Part shown: in pieces, positions 24,580-34,396 of the stretch
How positions within the stretch are numbered: the stretch's first letter is position 1
Layout: every line of letters begins with the position of its first letter
Assembly (NCBI GenBank): GCA_041674845.1
Contig: JBAYUY010000001.1
Coordinates: forward strand, 235,432-299,431
DNA from: Candidatus Shapirobacteria bacterium
GTDB taxonomy: Bacteria > Patescibacteriota > Microgenomatia > UBA12405
Length of the DNA stretch: 64,000 bases
Reading direction: 5' to 3'
Made by a program: the position numbers and the translations under genes
Notes under the pieces: model-generated
Databases searched by the model: none
Told to the model about the DNA's origin: nothing
The model's input: the letters and a program-made list of their open reading frames with translations, nothing else

Positions 24580-24985
24580 AATATTTATTAATTAGTAACT
24601 ATATTTAGTATACCATCATTTCCCTGACCTGAATTCTACTGATGAAGCATTCAGCCATGGGTTGTGAGTTTGTGCCTAATATCGCCATACCATATTCTCT
24701 GAGAAATTTTGTACAGTTATGTACTGGACAAATTTTACAACACATTATCAAACTTATAGTTGTATCAGCTGGGGTTACTGCAAGTTTGTCGGGTGATATA
24801 TGTGTAAATTTTCCGGTGGTTGTTTCCATACTGTATTATACATATTTAATATGTAAAATACAGTCTATAAATTAATATGGACAAATAGTTTATGAATAAC
24901 TAGCTGACCTTATGATGTGATGCTCAAAAAGAGGTGCCGTACTGTCGGGCGGACTGCGTGGTGCGAAATTGGAACTTATTACTAA

Positions 24986-25393
24986 CTACAAGCTGTTTAA
25001 ATTATTAATTCTGTAATGGTAAATTGTTAACACTCCATCTCTTTCAAATTCGTCTTTATGTTGTTCTTGTACAAATATAATTGCTTCGTCAGTAGTTTTA
25101 AAGCCACAGGCTATTATATCTTCGATTGGCATATTTTCAGGTCTAGCACTTTGAATTCGAGTAATTTCAGCTTGTCCAACAACATCAAGTCCAGTATTAT
25201 CTGCGTTTGAAACTAAAATTGGCACTAACCCAATAAAATTAGTTCTTTGACCACCTTTTAGCGATGCACCAATATGTCCAACTTCAGGAACGGGATCATT
25301 TGGCGGATAAAATCTGAGTCCGAAATTCATTTCAATCGGGTAATTTCCATTAGGTCCTAATTTTTCATATGGGGCGAAAACTGTGGATGACAT
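24986..25393 (-). CDS. hypothetical protein
   Basis: 135-aa ORF with no firm motif. Confidence 0.5.
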   Translation of the reverse strand: MSSTVFAPYEKLGPNGNYPIEMNFGLRFYPPNDPVPEVGHIGASLKGGQRTNFIGLVPILVSNADNTGLDVVGQAEITRIQSARPENMPIEDIIACGFKTTDEAIIFVQEQHKDEFERDGVLTIYHYRINNLNSL

Positions 25394-25423
25394 ATCGAAT
25401 TATACATTATCAAAAAGTATTTG

Positions 25424-25497
25424 CGGGCCTGATGGGATTTGAACCCACGATCTTCCGCGTGACAGGCGGATGTGCTAGACCGCTGCACCACAAGCCC
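25424..25497 (-). tRNA. tRNA-Asp (anticodon GUC)
   Basis: Acceptor GGGCTTG/CAGGCCC, anticodon stem TCCGC/GCGGA with loop CTGTCAC, T-loop TTCAAAT. Confidence 0.85.
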
Positions 25498-25558
25498 CAA
25501 TTTAGAAATTTCGGTCTTTGTAATATATCAAATTTCGAGTTTATTATCTACCTTGAGT

Positions 25559-26440
25559 TTATTTAAAGCCATTTATTTGTTTTTCTAAAAACATGTTGAT
25601 TAACTTTTTGAATAGATTTTTGTTGTTTAAATATTGGTCAAAGATAATATGATCAATTCCGGCATTTTGAGCAAATTCTGAATCAATTAAAGAATCACCA
25701 AAATAAATGAATTCTTCCCGACTTGTACCTGTTCTATTTATTAAGTCGATTAAACAATATGGATTTGGTTTTTTGTATCCCATATCAACACAAGAAATAA
25801 CTTCATCAAAATATCCGAGAATATTATTAGTTTTTAAAATTTTGATTAACAAACTTTTGATTCGATTGGTGCAAATATATAATTTTTTCCCATTTGATTT
25901 AAGAAACTCCAATATTTCCACAACTCCGTCAAACATTAACATTTTGTCGATGTTTTCTGACTGAATAATTTCGTCTTTTCTGAGAAGATCGTTAATATCT
26001 GCTTTTAAACCAACTTTTTTGGTAATGTGTTTATACAAATCTTCGATTGATCGGCCAGCAACACTATCGTGAAGATCACAAATTAGTTCAAAATTGATGG
26101 ACGGGTCGATAGAAGTAATAACTCGGGCAATTGTTTCACCACAAAAGCGTTGACCGTCAAGTAGAGTATTGTCTAGGTCAAAAACAAACGCATTTTTAAA
26201 ATTAGGACCTTTGTTTGTAGTACTGTTAGTACTATCGTCAATGTTTTCAAAAAATGAGGTAACAGGGATTTTTAAAATATTAGCTACTTTAATTAGTTGA
26301 GGAATTGATATTTGGGAAACACCTAATTCGTACCTACTTACCATTATTTCAGTGCAGCCCAAATGTCTAGACAACTCTTTTTGAGTGATATTTGCTTTAG
26401 TTCTCTGTTCCTTAATTTTTTTACCAATTTGATTTTCCAC
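25559..26440 (-). CDS. fusion protein: XRE-type helix-turn-helix domain plus HAD-superfamily phosphatase
   Basis: The N-terminus is HTH_3-like (IKEQRTKANITQKELSRHLGCTEIMVSRYELG). The rest carries HAD motifs: I (FVFDLDNTLLDG), III (K) and IV (YFGDSLIDSE). Confidence 0.7.
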   Translation of the reverse strand: MENQIGKKIKEQRTKANITQKELSRHLGCTEIMVSRYELGVSQISIPQLIKVANILKIPVTSFFENIDDSTNSTTNKGPNFKNAFVFDLDNTLLDGQRFCGETIARVITSIDPSINFELICDLHDSVAGRSIEDLYKHITKKVGLKADINDLLRKDEIIQSENIDKMLMFDGVVEILEFLKSNGKKLYICTNRIKSLLIKILKTNNILGYFDEVISCVDMGYKKPNPYCLIDLINRTGTSREEFIYFGDSLIDSEFAQNAGIDHIIFDQYLNNKNLFKKLINMFLEKQINGFK

Positions 26441-26476
26441 AATCTTGAGTATACATCAGAGTACTAGTTGTGTCAA

Positions 26477-26944
26477 TTACTTTTTACTCAAGCTGTCAGT
26501 GATTTGTTTTTGAATAGTAGCGTAAGGTTTTTTGAGAATAAAAGAAATTTCTTTGGCTAAATGATTGGTTATGGTGTTGATTATTTCTTGATTGCTTTTG
26601 AGAAATTTTTCACCAAATTCAGCTTTATTTTTGTATAGTTGCTTTAAAATAATGGCGTTTTTAATCGGGTTATCTAAGTAAAGTGATTCTTTTACCAATT
26701 TGCTTTCCAAAACTGAGTCGGCTGGAAGTGCTTTTTCGAGTTCGGTAAAAAATTCTTTTATGTTTTCTTTTGTCTGTAAATGTCGAAAACCACTTTTGAC
26801 TAAATTTGCTTTTGGTAAAGAAGATGTTGAAGAAGCTTTGTCACCATCAATATTGTGATAAAAAAAGAATCCATCTTTTTCATCATATAGATTGTAAATA
26901 TTTTCAAAATCTACTATAAAATCCCCAACTTTAAAATCAGTCAT
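26477..26944 (-). CDS. CarD/CdnL-like RNA-polymerase-binding regulator
   Basis: 155 aa with an N-terminal FKVGDFIV Tudor-like start and a helical C-terminal half. Similarity judged by eye. Confidence 0.45.
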   Translation of the reverse strand: MTDFKVGDFIVDFENIYNLYDEKDGFFFYHNIDGDKASSTSSLPKANLVKSGFRHLQTKENIKEFFTELEKALPADSVLESKLVKESLYLDNPIKNAIILKQLYKNKAEFGEKFLKSNQEIINTITNHLAKEISFILKKPYATIQKQITDSLSKK

Positions 26945-27015
26945 AGGTTCTTAAAAACTCGCCAACAAATAAATTACAAAGGCAGATAGCGTTGTATATA
27001 TTATACCACTAAAAT

Positions 27016-27627
27016 TTACTCTAAGATTCCGTCTAAATTTGCATCGTAAATTATTTCTTCGGCAATTAATCGATAGCTTAGAATTTCTTCTGGTTTAAAC
27101 CAAACAGCGATTTCAACTTTGGCTTCTTCGATAGATCCGGAAGAATGGATTATGTTTCTAACAGATCTTTTGTCGATGTCTGCTGCAGAATATGAATCAA
27201 TAGTATAGTCACCTCTAATTGTTCCAGGAACTGACGATAGAGGTTCAGTGCCACCAGTAATTTTGCGAACAACGGCGACAGCATTCATCCCCTGCCAAAC
27301 CATAGTTACAACTGGCCCTGAACTAAGAAAAGTCTTTAAAGTTTGTCTAATACTTTCGGCATATTTAATTGGGTCGTCTGTCCATAGCTTTTCGCCTCTT
27401 ACAGCAGCTGCGTTGATTGATTTTGTTCCAGTGTTAAGTGCCCAGTTTGGATCGGTCGAATAATGAGCTAGAGCAAGTTCGGGAGAGGGAATCAACATTT
27501 TTATGGCTACTAATTTTAGACCACATTGTTCATAACGTTTGATGACTTCGCCAATTAGACTACGTTGGACTCCATCGGGTTTGACAATTACTAAGGTTTG
27601 TTGCTGTTTGTCATCATAATTTTGCAT
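27016..27627 (-). CDS. ndk: nucleoside-diphosphate kinase (extended form)
   Basis: TLVIVKPDGVQRSLIGEVIKRYE and the catalytic His context NIIHSSGS are present. At 203 aa it has an internal insertion relative to canonical ~140-150 aa enzymes. Confidence 0.75.
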   Translation of the reverse strand: MQNYDDKQQQTLVIVKPDGVQRSLIGEVIKRYEQCGLKLVAIKMLIPSPELALAHYSTDPNWALNTGTKSINAAAVRGEKLWTDDPIKYAESIRQTLKTFLSSGPVVTMVWQGMNAVAVVRKITGGTEPLSSVPGTIRGDYTIDSYSAADIDKRSVRNIIHSSGSIEEAKVEIAVWFKPEEILSYRLIAEEIIYDANLDGILE

Positions 27628-27972
27628 GAGTGTATTTTGAATTATGTTGACATAATATGCAACAAGAAGTATTATATTCTCATATTCAAATATAAATATA
27701 TATCACAACAGTTGGCTTTAATTAAACTTATTTTAAATAATGAACTATGTGTCAATGACATAAAAAATTGTTTAAATTTAGCTCAACCAAAAGTTTCGAT
27801 GCTACTAAAAGAATTGAGAGATTTGAAATTGATTTTGTCTCGAGTAGATGGAAAAAAGCGGTATTATAGTGTAAATAGACCTGTAATTAATCAATATCTG
27901 ATTGGTATAAAAAAAATAATATCGGATTTTGAATCAAATGGTTCGGATGAGATAATTGTTCGGAGAATATAA
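27598..27972 (+). CDS. ArsR/SmtB family transcriptional regulator
   Basis: Winged-HTH pattern (LCVNDIKNCLNLAQPKVSMLLKELRDLKLILSRVDGKKRYYSV). The probable true start is TTG at 27712, because the promoter sits at 27647-27675. Confidence 0.6.
   Translation: MLLFVIIILHECILNYVDIICNKKYYILIFKYKYISQQLALIKLILNNELCVNDIKNCLNLAQPKVSMLLKELRDLKLILSRVDGKKRYYSVNRPVINQYLIGIKKIISDFESNGSDEIIVRRI
27647..27675 (+). promoter_or_regulatory. sigma70-like promoter for the ArsR-family gene
   Basis: TTGACA (27647-27652), 17 nt, TATTAT (27670-27675). It lies inside the 5' part of the 27598 ORF, so the real start codon must be further downstream. Confidence 0.4.
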
Positions 27973-28008
27973 TCTCTTTCTAATTGACTATAGGGTAAAT
28001 TTTCGATA

Positions 28009-28572
28009 ATGTATGGAATGAACAATAACGTATTGCCTGAGTCACGTGAAGAATTAATTTCGATGTTTATCGGATTAGGTGTCGTTATTATGGTTGTTGT
28101 TGTTTTGTTTAATTTTGTAATGCGAGCAAAAGGTAGTATTTCTGTGCCGGGTTTATCAGTCCAAACAACCAAGAGCGAATTAACTAAACCGGGTGAAGTT
28201 GAAAATATTAGTTCCGATGTTTATGAAGTAAAGCGTGGCGATAGTTTGTGGAATATTGCTGTGGCAAAATATGGTAACGGTTTTATGTGGACAAAAATTG
28301 CAACGGAAAATAATATTACAAAACCATCGACAATTGAAATTGGTCAAAAATTAGTTGTCCCAACTATGACCCAGGTTGAAAAACTGACGGTAGAAGGAAA
28401 GGGTGAAATTGTTGAAGAAACCTATCAAGTTAAGATTGGTGATTCTTTATGGTCTATCGCGGCTGTAAATTTAAACGATGGTCACAAATGGACACAAATT
28501 TGGAATTTGAATAAGTCAAAAATAGTAGATCCAAATCGACTGGAAATTGGAATGGTGTTAAAATTGAGATAA
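28009..28572 (+). CDS. membrane-anchored protein with two LysM domains
   Basis: Two LysM repeats are present: YEVKRGDSLWNIA...IEIGQKLVVP and YQVKIGDSLWSIA...LEIGMVLKL. Confidence 0.8.
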   Translation: MYGMNNNVLPESREELISMFIGLGVVIMVVVVLFNFVMRAKGSISVPGLSVQTTKSELTKPGEVENISSDVYEVKRGDSLWNIAVAKYGNGFMWTKIATENNITKPSTIEIGQKLVVPTMTQVEKLTVEGKGEIVEETYQVKIGDSLWSIAAVNLNDGHKWTQIWNLNKSKIVDPNRLEIGMVLKLR

Positions 28573-28577
28573 TTTGT

Positions 28578-28651
28578 GCGGGTATAGTTCACCGGTAGAA
28601 TGCGTCCTTCCCAAGGATGAGAAGTGGGTTCGATTCCCATTACCCGCTCCA
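28578..28651 (+). tRNA. tRNA-Gly (anticodon CCC), CCA encoded
   Basis: Acceptor GCGGGTA/TACCCGC, anticodon loop TTCCCAA, T-loop TTCGATT. Confidence 0.85.
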
Positions 28652-28652
28652 T

Positions 28653-28725
28653 GCCGAAGTAGCTCAGCTGGTAGAGCAACGCTTTCGTAAAGCGTGGGTC
28701 GGGAGTTCGACTCTCCCCTTCGGCT
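28653..28725 (+). tRNA. tRNA-Thr (anticodon CGU)
   Basis: Acceptor GCCGAAG/CTTCGGC, D-arm GCTCAGCTGGTAGAGC, anticodon loop TTCGTAA. It starts 1 nt after the tRNA-Gly CCA. Confidence 0.9.
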
Positions 28726-28747
28726 CAGGGTGTATAATAAGCTTGTT

Positions 28748-29467
28748 ATGGCAAAATTTTATAGTTCAAGACTTGAAAAAAAAGAAGACGAAGAGATTAC
28801 AAAAAAAACAGTAGTAATGGGAGTAGTAACAGTTTTGGTTTTAATATTGGTTATATTTTTTGGTCTACCTTTGTTGGTCAAATTGTCAGTATTGTTAGGT
28901 GAGGCAAAAAATCGCAATAGTTTGCAGCAAACAGAAAAATTAATGCCACCTTTACCACCGCGTTTGATAGTAAATTATGAAGCGACCAATAGTGCGACTG
29001 TAAATATTCCTGGTTTGGCTGAGGTCAACACTTCGATTGAGTTGTTAAAAAATGATGTACCAATAGGTAAAATTAATACGACTGATTCTGGCGATTTTGT
29101 ATTTGATAGTGTCGGCTTGGATGAAGGAGAAAATCAGTTTTTTGCAATTGCGACTAAAGATAATATCGGTAAAAGTGAACAGTCAAAAATTGTAAAAATA
29201 ATATACGATAAAGTATCACCAACCTTGACGATGACAAATCCCTCAGAAGATTCGTTGAAAGTTAATACAGCTGATTTTGATGTTATTGGACAAAGTGAAA
29301 AAGATGCAAACGTTACAGTTAACGGTCGTTTGGCAATGGTCGATGATACAGGAAAATTTAAGATAAAATTTCAACTAAACTCAGGTAAAAACGACATTGA
29401 AATAGTTGTTCGTGATTTGGCTGGAAACGAAACTCGAAAAAAGATCAGTGTAACTTTTGACTTTTAG
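28748..29467 (+). CDS. membrane-anchored secreted protein with Ig-like beta-sandwich repeats
   Basis: The ORF track start (28694) lies inside tRNA-Thr, so the ATG at 28748 (MAKFYSS) is preferred. It has a TM helix followed by beta-rich repeats. Confidence 0.55.
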   Translation: MAKFYSSRLEKKEDEEITKKTVVMGVVTVLVLILVIFFGLPLLVKLSVLLGEAKNRNSLQQTEKLMPPLPPRLIVNYEATNSATVNIPGLAEVNTSIELLKNDVPIGKINTTDSGDFVFDSVGLDEGENQFFAIATKDNIGKSEQSKIVKIIYDKVSPTLTMTNPSEDSLKVNTADFDVIGQSEKDANVTVNGRLAMVDDTGKFKIKFQLNSGKNDIEIVVRDLAGNETRKKISVTFDF

Positions 29468-30488
29468 CATTAAGAATAATTAATAGTACTGTTGAATAAG
29501 GATAGAATAATGAATTGGCAAAAAATGAGTGTATAAAAACTGCTAACAAAAGAGATTGATAAAAAATATTGGCATTGATAAATTCAAAATATAAAGCTGC
29601 AAGTAAAAGTATTAGTCCAACAACACCTGATGTAATAGCAATGGTAAGTAAACTGCTGTCAAAGCCCGAATTAGAGTGCGACAGTAGGTTGTTTTTATAA
29701 TTTAATAAAGGAATGTTGTTGTAGCCTATACCAACAAGAGGGTGTTGTAAAAATATATTGACTCCTTGTTTGTAGTTTTCTACTTTTGCAAAAATAGATG
29801 ATGTCCGTTCGAGCTTGGTCCCCTCTCCTGGCATACGAGGTAGTATCAAAAGTGTGGTGACAATAATAATTAGAGTATAAAAAAAGATATTTGATTTTTT
29901 TTTGATAATGGAAATATAGGTAAAGACAATAAAAAATGAAAATAGTGTTGATCTGCTGTAGGTTAATGCCAAAGCGGTATATACAAATGACATTAATAGT
30001 AACTTGTATTTTGTTTTGGAAAAATATATATAAAGCAAAATAAATAATAAAATTAATCCAGTAAAAGTAGGATCAAAATAACTACCAACCAATCGATATA
30101 GATGTGGATCCCAATTTTGTGAGGCCATGATAGTTAAGTTTGGCCAATATAAATATTGAATAAAATCAAAGATGACAATAGAAAATAAAATAATGTTTAA
30201 AAATTTTTGTTGATATTGGTTAATCAGTGGGGGGAATATTAAAAGTGAAGATAACGATAACAATCGGACTAAGTATAGCCAGCCTAAAATATTAAAATAC
30301 AATAAATTAGATATGATGGCAAATATTGTAAAAAATAATAAATTTTTGTTTTTAATGGCATAATTTTTTTGTGAAAAAATATTTGTTATGGCGAACAATA
30401 TAATAAAAATGTCAATTATTGGGAATAACTTACCAAAAAATAAAGCGATTAGAAGAGCGTAATACATTAGGTGTGATATAGATGCCAT
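29445..30488 (-). CDS. O-antigen ligase (Wzy_C)-like polytopic membrane protein
   Basis: 347 aa with about 10 TM helices and a LALTYSRSTLFSF motif typical of the O-antigen ligase family. Confidence 0.55.
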   Translation of the reverse strand: MASISHLMYYALLIALFFGKLFPIIDIFIILFAITNIFSQKNYAIKNKNLLFFTIFAIISNLLYFNILGWLYLVRLLSLSSLLIFPPLINQYQQKFLNIILFSIVIFDFIQYLYWPNLTIMASQNWDPHLYRLVGSYFDPTFTGLILLFILLYIYFSKTKYKLLLMSFVYTALALTYSRSTLFSFFIVFTYISIIKKKSNIFFYTLIIIVTTLLILPRMPGEGTKLERTSSIFAKVENYKQGVNIFLQHPLVGIGYNNIPLLNYKNNLLSHSNSGFDSSLLTIAITSGVVGLILLLAALYFEFINANIFYQSLLLAVFIHSFFANSLFYPYSTVLLIILNAKSQKLH

Positions 30489-31231
30489 AATTTGGCACGA
30501 ACGAGGAAACTATAAAAAGACATGGCAAGACAGATTGTGAGACCAGGGATGCCGTCCAAAAATCCAAGATGGTATAAATAATATTGAACAAATTTGGCTT
30601 TGGGATAAATGATTATGTGAAGTAAACTCGGCTTTTTCTTTTGATCAAATAATTCTTTTGCGCGAATAGTTGAATATTTATTTAATTTTGATAAAAATAT
30701 TTTTAAATTTGGGGCTGAATTGTGGAAAAGTGGTTCATTAATTTTGATTATTTTATTTTTGGTAGACCATGTTTCATGGACAGGACCGGTAAATTTGCCA
30801 AAATTTTTGTTGAACAAACGGATGGTGTAATCGGTGGCCGAAACTCCGTGATATAAAATATGATTGGCATATACTAAGTATCGCTTGATGGAATAGCAAA
30901 ATTGGTCGTTTAAAATTGTATTGTTTATATAATTTAGCAGTTTTGATGAGGGTGTTTCGTCGGTATCAAGAAAAAGAACCCAATCGTTGTTCGTCTGTTT
31001 TACTGCAAAATTTCTTTGTAAAGCATAGTTTCCATCAAGTTCTCGATCAAATATTTTGATAGACAAATTTTTGGTTTCAAATGATTTTAATATTTTTTTG
31101 GTGTTGTCAGTTGAATTACTATCGATAACAATTATTTCATTGACCCTATTTAGTTTTGTGATCCAATTTTTCCATACCAACAAATTTTCTTGTTCATTTT
31201 TGGTTAGGAGAATGATGGAGATGTTAGACAT
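30467..31231 (-). CDS. glycosyltransferase family 2
   Basis: ISIILLTKNEQENL ... IVIDSNSTDNT ... FLDTDE (DxD) pattern. Confidence 0.7.
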   Translation of the reverse strand: MSNISIILLTKNEQENLLVWKNWITKLNRVNEIIVIDSNSTDNTKKILKSFETKNLSIKIFDRELDGNYALQRNFAVKQTNNDWVLFLDTDETPSSKLLNYINNTILNDQFCYSIKRYLVYANHILYHGVSATDYTIRLFNKNFGKFTGPVHETWSTKNKIIKINEPLFHNSAPNLKIFLSKLNKYSTIRAKELFDQKKKPSLLHIIIYPKAKFVQYYLYHLGFLDGIPGLTICLAMSFYSFLVRAKLWHLYHT

Positions 31232-32105
31232 AAGGTGTTTTTCGTATTAAGTGAAATACTTTTAATATGGTTTCTTCAATTGAAAATACTGTATTTAATA
31301 TTTTTGATTCAACTAAGCTTAGGTGCTTTGTAAAATATTTTCTTCTTGAAAGATACCATTCGTTTAATACTATATTATACTTCGAATTACTACTTTTTCC
31401 TCCGAAATGAGTTATTTCTGATCTTGGATCAAAAATAACTTTATAGTTAATATCTTTAATTTTGTTTCCAAAGTCAACATCTTCTAAATATAAAAAATAT
31501 CGTTCGTCAAACAAATTATACTTGTTGTCTATTTTTTTTCTAAATATAATATATGCACCGCATAAAGATTCAACTTGTTGAGGTTGTGAGATTTTTGTAT
31601 TTTCTACCCAAAAACTTTTACTAAACATGTTGTTTGGAAATATTTTCTTTAAAATTGTAAATTCAAATAGACCTGTAAAAAAATTTGCCTTATTGTTTGC
31701 TGTTAATTGATAATTTTTCGATTTATGTTTTTTTATTTTTCCACCTACTGCACCAATTCTTTTATCCATATAAATTAGTTTAACTGACTTTAACAGTGAA
31801 GAATTTTCAAGATAACAGTCAGGATTAATCAACAAGATCAGATCTTCTCTTGCTTTAAGTATTCCTTGATTTACTGCTTTAGAAAAACCAACATTTTTTT
31901 TGTTGTAAATTATTTTTGTTTTATCATTTTGTCTGATTTCTTCTTTGTCGATTGAGTTATTGTCTATTATTATTATTTCTCTAACGTGTTTATTTATCAA
32001 AGTAAGGCTATCAATCATTCGGTTAACAAACTTTGAGACATTGTAATTGACGGTTATTATTGTAATTTTAAATACATCTTCTTTATTTTTTTTATTTGAT
32101 GTCAT
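31224..32105 (-). CDS. glycosyltransferase family 2
   Basis: ITIITVNYNVSKF ... IIIDNNSID ... LINPDC ... YLEDVDF pattern. Confidence 0.7.
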   Translation of the reverse strand: MTSNKKNKEDVFKITIITVNYNVSKFVNRMIDSLTLINKHVREIIIIDNNSIDKEEIRQNDKTKIIYNKKNVGFSKAVNQGILKAREDLILLINPDCYLENSSLLKSVKLIYMDKRIGAVGGKIKKHKSKNYQLTANNKANFFTGLFEFTILKKIFPNNMFSKSFWVENTKISQPQQVESLCGAYIIFRKKIDNKYNLFDERYFLYLEDVDFGNKIKDINYKVIFDPRSEITHFGGKSSNSKYNIVLNEWYLSRRKYFTKHLSLVESKILNTVFSIEETILKVFHLIRKTPYV

Positions 32106-34396
32106 ATAGTCTTATAATGAATACAATTAATAAATTCGTTTGTGTTGTTGTTTTCTTGATATTAACATTTTGTTCTTTTAGTTTTTCGTATGGAGTTGAC
32201 TATTTTGTTGATAATTTTTCCGGAAATTTAAATAATTGGGATTTTGTATCTGGAACAGTTTCTGATCCAAACAGTTGGTATCTAGATAATGGTGTTCTTG
32301 TTGGGTCGGTGGGTTACGGTGGTTCCTCATATTTATATCCTGTTACTTCACCAAATTTAATTTCAGATTTTACACTAGAATCGGATATTATGAGTATAAG
32401 TGGAGTAGATATCAATATATTTTTTCGTCAGGCATTGGATAAACGTCAATATTATTTTGTAGGTTTTAGATCAAATGATCCGAATTGGTCGCAAGATCAT
32501 AATAATATAGTATTTTATCGGTATCAGGACGAATATTCTTTACTTGCCAAATATTCTGCAGAGCTAACGCCAGGTGGTTTTGACTTAACACAAAATATTT
32601 GGCATAAAATTAAAATTGTATCAGCTGGAAAAACAACAAAAGTGTATTATGATGGTAATTTAGTTATAAATTATTATGATTCTGGCACGTTGTTGCCTGC
32701 TGGCAGAATTGCTTTGCAAAATTGGGGAGGGGCTTTTTCTGGACAAATTGTTAACAAATTTGATAATTTTAGAATAAGTGATGGGATTGTTACTCATAAC
32801 AAAATAATATTTCTTCCTGGTATGGGGGCGAGTTGGAACGAAAAGGCAATGGTACTAAACCAAACTGTTGCACAAAGTGAATGGCGGATGACTCCGTTTG
32901 TAAAAAATTATGACCAAATGTTTAAAGGTTTTGAAGATAATGGTTTGATTAAAAATAAAGATTATTTTGTTTACAATTTTGATTGGCGTAAACCATTGGC
33001 TGATCAGATAATTGATTTTAATAATTATGTTAATGGTTTGGGTTTGGGTACTGGTGAAAAAGTTGATATAGTTGGACATAGTTTTGGCGGAGTTATTGGA
33101 CGAATTTGGACTCAGGAAAATGAGGCAAAAGTAGGTAAGATAATAACTTTGGGTAGTCCAAATTATGGAGCGGTAAAAGTCTACGACATGTGGAATGGGG
33201 CAAAAATATCAGACACAACGGATTCAGGTTCGATCGCATTAAATGTTTTGCTGGCGTTACAACGCAAAAACAAACAGACCGCAGTTGAAACAATAAGATC
33301 ATATGCGCCAGCACTAAAAGACTTATTACCAACCTTTAATTATTTGAAAAAAAATGGGGCGATTGTAACTCCCCCGTCGAATAATTATTTAAATGGGAAA
33401 AATTCAACATCATCAACAGTTTTTGATAAATTATTGTCGGTATACGGACTCGGGACAAATACCAAAGAATGGATAAATTTGGGAGATAGAAATGTATTTG
33501 ATACTGTTTTGGGGCAATGGGAGCAAGGTAGTCCTTTGAATTACGGATATACAGATGGTGATGGAACTGTTTTAAAAAAGAGTGCGATTTTTGAGGGTGA
33601 TATGTCATCCCAAGTTACGGCTGCGCATGGTTTTGTCCCTAACAAGTCAGTAAATATTGTTTTGACTGAATTGGGCCTTGGTAAAACAATTTCGACGGTT
33701 GCTGATACCAGCTTTAATGGGGCGGTTTTTTACATGGGATCGCCAGCTTTGATGAAAGTCAATTGTGGTGGGGAAGATTTGAGTGAATCGGATGGTTTTA
33801 TTTTGGTACCAAATCGTAATATTTCTGAATGTGTGGTTAAATTGGTAGGTACAGATAATGGTGTATATCATTTAGTAATGGGTAATAGTGCCGATGATGA
33901 AAGTTGGAAATATGCTGAAGGAAATATAATGACTGGTGAAATAAAAAATATTTCAGTTAATATGGTTGATTTTTGGTATGAGCAAATGTTACGAGAGACA
34001 AATAGTTTGTTATCATCTTATCCGAATAATTCTTATTTAAAGAGTATGAAAACGGCAATTTTGGCAAAAAATAGAAATAATTTGGTTAGTTATTATATGT
34101 TGTTTAGAAAATCAAAATTAGAAACGATTATTACGTGGCGAATGATAAATTATTTGGAAAAAATTATTAATATTGAAGTACCGACACCAACACTAACAAT
34201 GATTAGCAAACAAAAAAATTTGGCTCTTAGTGCAAAAAGTTTGACCGATAAAACTGCTGCACTTTATCAACGGAGCAAAGTTAATCCAAATTTATGGCAA
34301 TCTTTAAATTATGATCAGGGTAGCAACCTACTAAATAATCCTAATTATGCAAAATATGTGTTGGCAGAAAAAATATTTGGAATGGTTTGGTATTAA
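32096..34396 (+). CDS. secreted two-domain protein: concanavalin/LamG-like (DUF1080-type) domain plus alpha/beta-hydrolase (lipase/PGAP1-like)
   Basis: 766 aa with a signal peptide (the likely start is M at 32117). The N-terminal jelly-roll pattern ends in GRIALQNWGG...FDNFRIS. The nucleophile elbow is VDIVGHSFGGVIG. Confidence 0.55.
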   Translation: MMSYSLIMNTINKFVCVVVFLILTFCSFSFSYGVDYFVDNFSGNLNNWDFVSGTVSDPNSWYLDNGVLVGSVGYGGSSYLYPVTSPNLISDFTLESDIMSISGVDINIFFRQALDKRQYYFVGFRSNDPNWSQDHNNIVFYRYQDEYSLLAKYSAELTPGGFDLTQNIWHKIKIVSAGKTTKVYYDGNLVINYYDSGTLLPAGRIALQNWGGAFSGQIVNKFDNFRISDGIVTHNKIIFLPGMGASWNEKAMVLNQTVAQSEWRMTPFVKNYDQMFKGFEDNGLIKNKDYFVYNFDWRKPLADQIIDFNNYVNGLGLGTGEKVDIVGHSFGGVIGRIWTQENEAKVGKIITLGSPNYGAVKVYDMWNGAKISDTTDSGSIALNVLLALQRKNKQTAVETIRSYAPALKDLLPTFNYLKKNGAIVTPPSNNYLNGKNSTSSTVFDKLLSVYGLGTNTKEWINLGDRNVFDTVLGQWEQGSPLNYGYTDGDGTVLKKSAIFEGDMSSQVTAAHGFVPNKSVNIVLTELGLGKTISTVADTSFNGAVFYMGSPALMKVNCGGEDLSESDGFILVPNRNISECVVKLVGTDNGVYHLVMGNSADDESWKYAEGNIMTGEIKNISVNMVDFWYEQMLRETNSLLSSYPNNSYLKSMKTAILAKNRNNLVSYYMLFRKSKLETIITWRMINYLEKIINIEVPTPTLTMISKQKNLALSAKSLTDKTAALYQRSKVNPNLWQSLNYDQGSNLLNNPNYAKYVLAEKIFGMVWY

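Noticed and set aside
24605-24875. 74-aa (-) and 77-aa (+) overlapping ORFs.
   Set aside because: They are mutually exclusive, neither has an RBS or motif, and composition is atypical. They are reported only as part of an unresolved region.
28482-28814. 65-aa ORFs overlapping tRNA-Gly and tRNA-Thr, and the 28694 start of the downstream gene.
   Set aside because: They are translations of tRNA genes and therefore spurious. The downstream CDS was re-started at ATG 28748.
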